A stretch of DNA of 64,000 nt, taken from assembly GCA_040285825.1 (NCBI GenBank), contig JAUPSS010000013.1:434001-498000 (forward strand), in the 5' to 3' direction. The notes under the pieces are model-generated. The model ran no database searches. It was not told the DNA's origin and worked only from the letters and a program-made list of their open reading frames with translations. Origin of the DNA: Eukaryota sp. TZLM1-RC (lineage: Eukaryota > Protista > Metamonada: BaSk clade). How positions within the stretch are numbered: the first letter of the stretch is position 1; each line of letters starts with the position of its first letter. The translations under genes were made by a program, and so were the position numbers. Shown piece after piece: positions 1 to 10,590 of the stretch.

Positions 1-665
1 GTAGATGGGAAACTAGGAGTTGGATTAGGAGGATTGGGCGTATGAGGTGGTTCATCATCGCTCTCATCCCCTCTCCTGCTGTAGTTCTGATTAAGAGATC
101 CTCTGGAATCACTTTGAGGTTCCTCACTTGAGCTGATGTCAGAAGTAGGTGAGGAGGGAGTTTTACGTGAGGAGCCAGTCGTAGACTGTTGCTCTCCTTC
201 ACCTCCTTCACCTTCTGTACAAGCGTCAGATTTGGTACTTACAACAAACGCTTTGAATCTCCGTTGCTCGCTCGGAGTGAGAAAACTCTTCCTACAAGGA
301 AGGAGCTCCGAGGAGTTGTCGGGGTATGTGTATAGTTCTGACACATCAACAACGTGGTTACCTCTCTCCGTATAAGGGAGGTGACTTCTTTTCTGGGAGG
401 TGGGGCTCTCCTCAGTGTGAAGTTCACTCTCCTTATTGGGAAGGTGGCTTTCTTTCTGAGAGGCAATGCTCTTCTCAGCGGAAAGCTCACTCTCCTTTGG
501 AGGATTACTCTTCCCGAAGGAAGGATTACTCTCCGTAAGTGGAGGATTACTCACCGAGGGCGGTGGATTGTTCTCCTTCAAAGAAGGGACATTACTCTTC
601 CTCAGAGAGGAAGGAGAGTTATCATTGTGGCTATTCAAGCCATTAATTAATGATGCTCTATCCAT
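1..665 (-). CDS. Ser/Pro/Glu-rich N-terminus of retroelement ORF1 (partial, open to the window edge)
   Basis: Open frame MDRASLINGLNSHNDNSPSS...PPNPTPSFPS (~221 codons) with no stop, so it is absent from the ORF track. Composition resembles the ORF1 N-terminus at 17766. Confidence 0.7.
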   Translation of the reverse strand, partial: MDRASLINGLNSHNDNSPSSLRKSNVPSLKENNPPPSVSNPPLTESNPSFGKSNPPKESELSAEKSIASQKESHLPNKESELHTEESPTSQKRSHLPYTERGNHVVDVSELYTYPDNSSELLPCRKSFLTPSEQRRFKAFVVSTKSDACTEGEGGEGEQQSTTGSSRKTPSSPTSDISSSEEPQSDSRGSLNQNYSRRGDESDDEPPHTPNPPNPTPSFPS

Positions 666-786
666 ATATGATAACAAAGAATAAGGAATAATTTATTAGA
701 ATTTCACCGGCCCTTATAAAGGCCATCACTAGTGAACTATGTTATATAAATATAAATGTACTAGACTAATTGTCCACAGTACAACA
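1..786 (-). mobile_element. 5' end of a second LTR retrotransposon family: putative 5' LTR 651-786 plus the start of ORF1, running off the window
   Basis: The minus strand reads TGTTGTAC...AATAAATTA...ATGGATAGAGCATCA, i.e. TG...CA termini. The layout matches the complete element at 10426-17901: ATG inside the LTR, CATCA end, 8-nt palindrome, then TGG. The partner LTR is not in the window. Confidence 0.65.
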
Positions 787-2052
787 AATATTCTTGTTCT
801 GATTACCTAATCAAGCTGGAGCCTTAATTTCGGTTAATCATTTTTACTCTCGGTTGCTAACGTTCCTCTCAATTTGTATTCCACGTTACGTCCATCCAAC
901 ATCTCCCTCTTTGATTTCACTGTTGTTCATGGTGACGAGGCAACTATTTTAGTCAGAGCATTTCTATTTTTGCGATGGAAGAATTGTTTCAAAAGTATAG
1001 CTTATTTTAGTAGAGAAATTCAGTATAACGAGAATTGTTTTTTCAGATGTTGTTGAGTTTATTAAAAATATAAATGCATTATGATGGTCTCAGAGCACCT
1101 TTCTTTATTTTACCTAAAATTTACCTAAAAGATAATATTTACTTAAATAAATAACAGATATGAAAATTTGAAACTGGAAGAATTTTCAATCGTGTTTACT
1201 GGCAAGACGGGATTGTATTTTCTATTTTTAAAGGAATGGAAAAACTAATTTTTAATTCACTCTCTTCTTTTGGGAAATTTTCTGAATCTTTGGCAATTAA
1301 TTGTTTTGATGTAGGGGAGGCAGGTTTTGAGGTTGTGGAGTTTTAATTGTGTATTTTATGTTTTCATATTTCTTATTAAATGAATAAAAATTTCTAGAAA
1401 AAGCAGATATGAAAATCACTTTAAAATACAAGAAGCTATTTGAATCGAGAATTTTTGATTTTGTTCAGTAACCTTAATAACAGGATAACCAAATAAAACT
1501 CATAAAAAGAACATACTATTATTCTATTATTTTACTGATTTTTCACAAACATTCACCTGATGTATGTTGTTCCTTTTTGTACATCAAGTCTATCTACACC
1601 TGAAAATAGTGTAAAGATCTACATTATGAATGTTTAGAAATTTCACCGTGTATACAATTAATTTCAGCCATATAATTACAAAATACATACCATTAAAAAA
1701 CATAAATTCCACTTTTTTCAGCTGCAAAAATTGTTCATTTCATCAATATTTCGAAAATATACAAAGGTAAACGTGTTTTCTAAGGTATTCGTGCATAGTT
1801 GGTGATTATTATATCTATAAAGTAAGAAATCGAATGTTTAAGACATGTTGGTACAAGGACAAAAGTGAAGAATTGTATAAGGTTGAGAGGAAGGATTGGA
1901 GGAATAAGTAGTGAGGAGAACGAGTATTGGACAATTATGCATCTAAAAAACAACACCACTTGATAATTAAAGAATTTATATTAAAAATGCAAAAAGACTA
2001 TTATAATTTACAACATAATAAAATAAAACTTACCCAAACAACACTAAAACCT

Positions 2053-3807
2053 CTACAAACCAAACTTCAATCCACGGTAAATTAAAGCAGATGTAACACT
2101 AGCGACAGGAAGAGTCAGCAACCAGGAGTAAATAATACCCCTGACCATCTTCCAGTTGATCTGCGTTTTTCTAGCAATTGCCTGGAATAAGTGGTAATAA
2201 ACAATAACAAACTTGCCCAATAACAGAACCAATTAGGATATGAGATGTAGAGATAGGAAGACCCAGAGCACTACCAATCAGGACAGTTGTGGCCGCAGAG
2301 ATCTGAATAACAGCACCATTTAGAGCAGTAATCTTAGTAAGATTCTTGCCAATAGTTTGGATAACCCGTTGTCCCAAAAGAGCGAGACCTATGGTAAGAC
2401 TAACAGCTCCGAGGGCAAGGGCAGCAGGGGGTACTTCAGCTTCTCCATCCACAGAATGGGTGTTGAAGGTTAGCAAGATGGATGCATAAGGTCCGATTGA
2501 ATTGGCTTAAATTAGGAATTATTTCTCAAACAACAACTTACCTCTGTGATAAACGGGTAAAAAACTGTTACATACATGTCATTGGACCCATGAGCTGTGG
2601 CTAAGAATGCACAAGATAACACCATCAGGGGAGAGAACAAGCGATCTGCCCCCTTCCTTTGTAGCTTCTTGTACAGATTCTTCTGGAGTTCTTCATCAAC
2701 GGGTTCTGCATCTACGGTATTAGTGTCTTCTTCACGTTGATCATCAACTTCCTTTTCCTCTCCACTTACATCTACATCTTCCATGGGAGGAAGCGACAAA
2801 CGTCTGGGAATAACACCTACATCTTCCTCACTCTCTTTTTCTGCTTCTACCTCCACAACAACATCGTCATTCGACACCTCATCTATCTCTGGAGCTACTT
2901 TGATGGCGGACATGTCCATTGAGACATTGGATCGAATCATATCGATACTCAGCAGCGAGCGATGCTTATTGATAATCTCCTCTGGAATGGTGGTTCTCAT
3001 GCGAGGACGGAAGAAAAACATATGAACAATGTATGCAATCAATCCGACTACTAGTGATATTAGCACAGACTCTAGCATCGTTAAATCCACAATGTTGTCT
3101 AATCCCTTGCTGACAAAGAAGAGAGAAAAGATGAACAGCGAAGTGCCAAAGAAGAATGGCATTACCTTTATGGTTTTTGCTATGGGGTTTTCAGTATCAA
3201 AACATAACTTTGTGGTAATCTTGAAGAGAATAAATGCAATCAGTCCACCTAGGCAAGGAGAAATCACCCAACTAGCAGCTATTTGACCTACACTAGCCCA
3301 TACCACGCTACTCCACCCTTGTGAGATGATGGCGAACCCTACGACGGCTCCGACGATGGAATGTGTGGTTGAGACCGGAAGAGAGAACAGAGTAGCAGTG
3401 ATGAGCCAGATAAACCCTGAGGCCATCGCAGAAAACATTCCTGCCATGAAATCAATAGGCACGGAAAAGTATTTAACGTCGGTAATGCCTGAAGAGACAG
3501 TGGAAACAACGTTTGAACCAAGGAAGAAGGCACCGAGAAACTCAAAGACGAAGGCGAGAACCTGTGGTTAATAAAAGTATTACGTACGATTCCTTGCTTC
3601 ATTGTTATCACACCCGATCCTATACTTGTTCCAACACTATTAGCAACATCATTGGCACCGATAGCGGCTGTGATAAAGGAAGAAAAGAGGAAAAATACCA
3701 GAAAATAGAGCGCAAACAAGTGTACCAACTACAACGAAGACATTACCAGTGAAAAGGGTAGATGAGAGGCCATTGACACACTCGTCGATGGGAATGAGAG
3801 ATGGCAT
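2053..3807 (-). CDS. PiT/PHO4-family inorganic phosphate transporter (5 introns, one 2-nt microexon)
   Basis: Two PiT signatures, GANDVAN and (spliced) HGSNDIAN, plus LPVSTTHSIVG and LPISTSH. Introns at 3668-3698, 3562-3587, 2544-2575, 2506-2541 and 2182-2212 restore a single frame. Confidence 0.93.
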
Positions 3808-4362
3808 GATCGATTCTGGGGGTCTTTTGATTTGAAATTTGATGCTTTTGCTTATGTTGAATGCATGTTCGCTCCTTCATTCTTGCTCCTTCATTCTTGT
3901 ACTTAAGGTATATTCAATAAATAATGCAAGTTAATCTGTCTTGACTGATCCTGTAATTGTTTTTAATCTATGCCAATTGCTCAGTGTGCATTGTTAAACA
4001 TATTTAATCATAATTGAAATATAATATATTTAGTCTAACTAAAGAGAAATATGTCGATCTTAAAAATCTGAGAGAATTAATTCCTCCCCAAACCAAATTG
4101 TTAAATGTGAGAAACTAATAAACAAACATTCAGATCGGTTAATGAGTTCAAACCAACTAATTACCAATAATTAAATAGCCCTAAATACACACCAACAATG
4201 CCTAAGTTGCAGAAAGATAGTAGCAGATGTGTCACGTCAGCAGATGTGGTATGAGTTGCAATCAAAATTGAAATCAATCAATTTGATTTAGAAAGGATTT
4301 CACTGATCAGATGCCGGTTTCCCTACTGACTACATCATTCTCACTTCCTCGCTTCATTTCCC

Positions 4363-4762
4363 ATGTCGGAATACGAAGAATTACCCCTTACCAGTGATAT
4401 GATGATTGATCAACTAAAAGAGATGGAGTCAATGGAAGAAGGCTTTGTGGATTCGTTACTTCAAATGTTTCAGGATGACTACAATGAGAAAATCGTCTCT
4501 ATGGAAAAGGCACTGTTTGTCATTTGAGTTATCTCACTTCAGTGAATCCAACTCTCTCACTTCCTTTGCTGAAAACGCACATAGTCTTAAGGGTTCTGCT
4601 GGAAACCTTGGCATGGAACGATTAGCCAAAGTGTTTGCTACGTTACAAACTGCAGGTTTTAACAATGATATGGATACATGTAAGGTTAATTTTCCAATAG
4701 CAAAGGACCTTGTGGGACCATCTATGGAGGGTGTACGTTCGAGAATAGCTTCTGGTGACTAA
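4363..4762 (+). CDS. Histidine phosphotransfer (HPt) domain protein, 123 aa
   Basis: AHSLKGSAGNLG phospho-His motif. A 28-nt GT-AG intron at 4515-4542 joins MSEYEELPL...MEKAL to ESNSLTSF. Confidence 0.9.
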
Positions 4763-5416
4763 TTTTGGAAATCTGCAATATGTAACTTTGCCTACCTAGT
4801 GATAAAGTCTTTATTCTATTTTTATTTACAACTAGCATTTTGCATCTGATACCATGTAAGGATAACCAACAATTAATTCATTGTCTATATTTTATTATCT
4901 GGCCATGTGAATTCACATCAAGAGAATTTTATTTTTGCTCTATTTTGTAATTCTTTCCGAAACTTCACATAGTTGAACCTGTATTCAAAATGATTGTCTT
5001 CAAACGCTGCACGTTTATCAACTATACTTATCAATGATTTGATAAACCAATCAATGTCCATATTATCAACCGTTTGATGTTCCGCTGTTTCTATATGACG
5101 GCTTTAGCTAGAAACACTTTAAGATATTTATTGTGGCAAATCACTCGTAGTGTTTACATGACGTCGTCATAGATTTAAAATGTGGTAGTAATTATTATTA
5201 GAAAAAAACTCCTGTTCTTCTTGATTATTATGCTCCTGAGGCCAAGAAATAGGCTTGGATCCCAAACAAGCAGTTTTTTTGCAGTTTTTTCTCCACATTT
5301 TATTTAAGCCGTACAGCTATCTTTGAAGCAGTTTGAGTAATAATATGGATTTTTCATCAATTTTTGAAATAAAGGAGCTAGTTTTAAAAAAATGCCGCTT
5401 TTGAAAAATTATGACT

Positions 5417-5875
5417 TCACTTATCATTCATGTTGTACCAGGCAATTCTTTTGACTGATTTAACGCACTGGTATACGCACTGAGTCAAGATTGTGATCCA
5501 TACGAAAATCTGGATGAGACATGCAAAACGATGGATAAATGGAAAGGCCTTCAAAAATGGTTTGATGAAGTCACTCCTTGGTTTGACAGCCAGTTTCATG
5601 AAGAACAAGACCATGATCAGAGCTGGTGTCAAAACCGTTATTGCCAGTAATGATTCCAATACAAACCAACTTTCTGTTGGAATTTTCCATTTCCAGAATG
5701 GTTTTGTCTTGAAGTTAAACCTTGTCTTGCAGATTTCACAAATGGGACTTTGCCTTTGCCAAATCCATTTTCGCAAACATTCTGTGTGAATGTATTGTAC
5801 TGATCCATTACAATGGCAATACTGCTCCAATGAGGAGGCAGCTTCGTGGTCGAAACATATGCGACATTCTGTCAT
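5417..5875 (-). CDS. RING-CH (RINGv/MARCH-like) E3 ubiquitin ligase with 2 TM segments
   Basis: CRIC...C.CNGSVQYIHTECLRKW...CEICK followed by two hydrophobic helices. Confidence 0.9.
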   Translation of the reverse strand: MTECRICFDHEAASSLEQYCHCNGSVQYIHTECLRKWIWQRQSPICEICKTRFNFKTKPFWKWKIPTESWFVLESLLAITVLTPALIMVLFFMKLAVKPRSDFIKPFLKAFPFIHRFACLIQIFVWITILTQCVYQCVKSVKRIAWYNMNDK

Positions 5876-7486
5876 GATGGGAGAATAATTTGTTATTGTA
5901 ACTACTAAGAAATGTTAAACTCAGGTTAGTATATTGCGAGCTTTCATGCGAAGGTTGGTAATGAGTTAGTTGCTGTTTTTTCACTATTTTTAAAAGGAAC
6001 AAAACAGAAGTTTATGTACTGAATATAAGAAATCAACAAAATAAAAGAAAAGCTTATTACATGATGACGTGATAACCTTCCCAAAGAGGCGAGTCACGTT
6101 TAGCTACTGCTAACAGAGTTGGTTGCTGTTTTTTCCCTATTTTCAACAGTAACTATGACGTTTAAATGAATATTACGAAATCATAAGACAACTCCTCCGA
6201 AATAACAATGGAAGTCTAAAAAGTATTTGTACAAGACATATGGTGTGATCGGTTTGGAATTTGTTGATCATTTTGAGGAAAACACTGAATTTAAATGTGT
6301 CTGGGCAAATTATCCAATTCTGTTTGTAGTTGATTCAAATAAAAATTGGACTTACTATGTCCTATTGAATAGGTCAACATCACTTGGAAATCACTTGGAA
6401 ATCACATATTCAAGATCGAAATTGTTTCCATTTAAAAAACTGCTGCTTGACACAAAAATGGTGATTTTGTGAAACCAATTCCACCCAGATCAACAGAACA
6501 AAATAGATGACTTCGAATTAAAGATTTATTTACCTTCCAATAAACAACAAGGCATATAAAACATGTAAATTTTTAAAAGAAAATATTTAATGTGTTTTTC
6601 AATGTCACATTCCGCAATAGATCTCTAGATTCTTGTCAATATTCTCCAATAAAATGTTCAATTGGGAATAAATTTCAAAAAGCCAACATTAAGAAACTTA
6701 CAGCATACAAGAAACGCTTGTTGGTCTTAATTAATGAATGGAATTGGCTCCTTTGGACTGAAATAGAATAACGTCATGTTAAGTCAACTTTATGTCTTGT
6801 ACTTTAATTCATATGCATGTCATAAATCAGCAGTTTCTAGGGCAAAAAACACTTGCGAAAGACTCTGGAGTGAAAGAGGTACATACTGAAATCTGTCAGC
6901 ATTCCAAGCTCCACAAATCAAATGCCGACAAATCAGGTCTGGTAAACCACCAACCCAATAGAAGTTTGTTTAGCTTTTCTGTAAATTCATCAGCAATTAA
7001 TCAACTGTTGTCGTTGTCTGTTCCCAATCTACAGTATACAAGGTACAGACGCTGCATTACAGCACATGCAATAAAATATATTTGCTCATATTGCTACGTT
7101 TCTTTGCAAACGTTCACCAATAATTCATGTAGTGGAAAAAAGCTGATCAATATGAAATGAAAACATTTGTGTTCTTACACCAGGTAGAATATAATTAGGC
7201 CAAATAACTGATTGAACCCCCATAGACTATGGGCTATAGATAATATGAAAGTGTATAAAGTGTGAAAATTTGCGTTTGACTGAAGGGTTCTGAAACTTTT
7301 CAATTTTCAATGATTCAAATAGTAGAATTCATTATTAAACTTTTAATTTATTGAATTTTGTTCTAATCAACGTTGGTAATTTGAGATCCTTTTTTGAATT
7401 GTAATCAGGTACAAGTTGGAAGATTCACCTAAAATATAAACAAATTTATCAAAAAAAATAAAACAAAATAAACTGCAAAAATAATG

Positions 7487-10086
7487 CTAGTTTGTGACAT
7501 TGAAGAAGACTTCCTCAAGACTGGAATTTGAAACTGCAGAATCAGCAGAAATTCCCTCTGCAGCGACAATCTGAGTTGCTTCAAAAACTGTAGATAACTT
7601 AGCTGAACTTGTTGGAACAACAAAGTGCAAATGGAGTCCCAACTCATAGACTTTGGATGCTTCAGGTAAGAGTTCAGCAATGCGAGATTTTAACAAATCA
7701 ACCTTGTCCTGATTTGCAACAAACACAACCTTATAACCAGAACCGTACTTGCTCTTTAAACTTAATGGAGTTCCACAAGCAGCAATACGACCGTCCTTCA
7801 TAATGATGACACGGTCTGAGAGTTCATTAATCTCTTCAAAAGAATGTGAAGTGAGAATAATGGTCTTATTGGACTTTTGCTTCTTGATGGCAGACCAAAT
7901 GTTGGAAGCGGTAGAAACATCTACACCAGTTGTAGCTTCATCAAGCATGGCTACACGATTCTTATAACCAAGCTGAGATAAGTGAGGAGAATAGAGATAC
8001 ATACCAAAGCAATAGCGAGTGAGAGTCTTCTTCGCATTCCACCACTGTACTGTCCAGCTAGCTTATCTCCTGCTGAAGTTAAACCTACGCTGTCCAGAGC
8101 CTTATCAACAATGTTCTCAATTTCGTCGGGATGATACCCCTTGATGCGAGCATAGAATCGAAGATGATTACGGCCACTAATCACGTTCCATACACAATCA
8201 TGTTGGGGACATACACCTAGGAGTTTGTAAATATCATGCATGGAATCACGAATGCAGGAACCACGGATATAAGCATTACCTGCAGTAGGATCAAACAGTC
8301 CACACAAAGCACTAACCATTGTTGTCTAGGGTAAGAAGTTAATATAGTGAGAGACAAACCTTGCCTGCGCCATTAGAACCAGCTATTCCGACTAACTAAA
8401 ATAAGATGGAAAGAAAACAACAAACTTCACCAGACTTGCAGGTAAATGAAACTCCCTTGAGAGCTTCTTCTTTGGCTCCAGTATAAGTGTGTCTCATGTT
8501 TTGGACTTTGACAGGGAAGGGTTCCACACTGAAAGCGGCACTTGCTTCAGCATCAACCTCATCATTACCACTGAGAAGAGGTGTATTATCTGTATATTTG
8601 TGTCCTGTTTTCTTATAGAATGACGGTTTCAAGAAGAAAATCCAATCGTGATATGCTCCATACTTATTGGTAAGTGTAAATTCAAAATAAACAGCAATCA
8701 AATGAATAACAAACGTAGAGATTATAATACGCAACAACAGCTGCCCAAACATCATTTCACTGTCCCATAAAGAACTTAATGTAAGATCTTGCTTATCAGC
8801 AGTATAAAAAGATAACAATTCGAATAACTTAACTAAAGCAAAAGAAGGAATCCACGTGATACCATGCATACGGTCTGTTTCGGGGTTGAACACGTGTATG
8901 AGCCCTAAACCAATATCTGTGACAAAATATGCTACGAATATCATTGCAAATGTACACCACTTGGATTTTTTAAAGAATGTGGAAAACATTAAACACATCG
9001 CCAAACAACAATGTCCCTATGATAAGATCAAAGATTAAATATTAATACCCAAATGAAAATGACACCAATCCACCATGCAATAGTAGTGGAGACGAAGGTG
9101 GGAAAGTCAAGCAAACGCCCAAACACAACCAAAACAGCACAAACTGCAGAATAAACAATGAAATTCCAGGTATAATTAACCGAGTGATAGACAGATTTCT
9201 TCAACCCCATCATAATCATCATGTCTAATAGCTTGTTTTCCTTTTCAAAAACAAGAGGCGTTACCAACAAGGCTAGAGGTAAATGTAGTGTGAATGCGGT
9301 GATAAACCCGATTAAAAATCCACGCACATCCAAAGAAATGACAATTTCTTTGTGTGGAAACTCTCTTAGTGTAGAAACAATTCTGTAAAGCAGGCCATCA
9401 TCACGAGGAGAGGGCATTATGGCATTGAGGTAAGCAGTGTGGAGATCATTTACCATAGCGATACGACCATAAGAACCAACCTCACGGAGACGTCTGTTGG
9501 TATGATTGTACATAACGGTAAGTCCGAATTCAAAATCACCTGCAGTTTTTGAGAGGTGTGAAACGTGGCCCTGAACGGGGAACGAGCGCTGTTTGAACCA
9601 ATTATCGTAAACGTATTGCTCAATATCTTCTGTGTTTTCAAATGTAGGGAAACGAATAGGGATTCCGCCAATGTCATCGTCTATGTGGGGGACACCGCAG
9701 AGAAAACCATCGCATGGAGCGGGAGCGGGAGGGAGTAAACCCAAGTCGAAATCAGAGCTAGATATGGGAATACTTTCAGGGAGAGAGGGGTTCTCCCAGT
9801 CAATGGTCATGGCTGTGAGCATGGCGAGATCCCATTGGGTTGCGTTAGGAGAGAGGTTTTCAGGGATAACAGTATTGACAGCGTCAATTGTTGATACTAA
9901 ATGGTTGAGAAGAACAATGAGTAGTAACATGGCTAAAGGTGTGAGAACAGAACAGAGATTAAGGCCCACAGCACGACGTTGTACATGATAGTTCTTAGCC
10001 CATAGAGCACGCCATTGTTGGCTGAACGATACAGATGACTTCTGCTCCTCCGCTTCGTTGAGCAAATTGGAATTCAAATCAGCCAT
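7487..10086 (-). CDS. ABCA-family half transporter (4 introns)
   Basis: N-terminal QQWRALWAKN, spliced Walker A GSNGAGKTT, GVCPQHD, YSGGMRRRLSLA, LDEATTG, SLEEVF. Introns at 9017-9048, 8396-8425, 8326-8359 and 7973-8004. Confidence 0.93.
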
Positions 10087-10425
10087 TCTTACAGATAATG
10101 TCTAGAACAAGGGTGTAAGCGGTCGCTGACCAATGTTGAATGACTTTAAATGAGAAATATTGAAATTGTGTTTTGATGTCTTGTATTAAACTTGCTACAG
10201 ACACTCCCCCTCCCACTATCCCTATTTTGCTTCTCCCCGATCCAAGGTGGCATAGATGGATTCATAAGATTTAAACAAATTTGGATAATATCAGGGGTAA
10301 TGGCATAATGTTCTCTGAGTAAAACTCAATAGGGAAATAAAGAACATATTCAAAGGGAAATAACAAGGTAATTCAGAGAGGTTAGCAAGAATGAGTTTGT
10401 ATTCGGATGCGTATTTCTTCACTTT

Positions 10426-10590
10426 TGATGATCTGCGGGTGTTATGACGGGACATGACCTTATATGAAAAGTAGAGTAATTTATTACAAGGGAATGAGGA
10501 TTTCCCTTAACTTAAGCGCATGGGCGCAATAATACTATAACTATCAATAAACTATCAATAAACTATTATAAATATTATCCAAGGCTAACA
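10426..10590 (-). repeat. 3' LTR (165 bp)
   Basis: Identical to 17737-17901; contains AATAAA and the pol stop codon. Confidence 0.96.

Noticed and set aside
4225-6780. Recurrent TGACGT/CACGTCA motifs near gene starts
   Set aside because: Plausible bZIP-type sites, but enrichment cannot be shown without counting against background.
7219-7233. CCCATAG-A-CTATGGG mini-palindrome
   Set aside because: Too short and isolated; no associated element ends.
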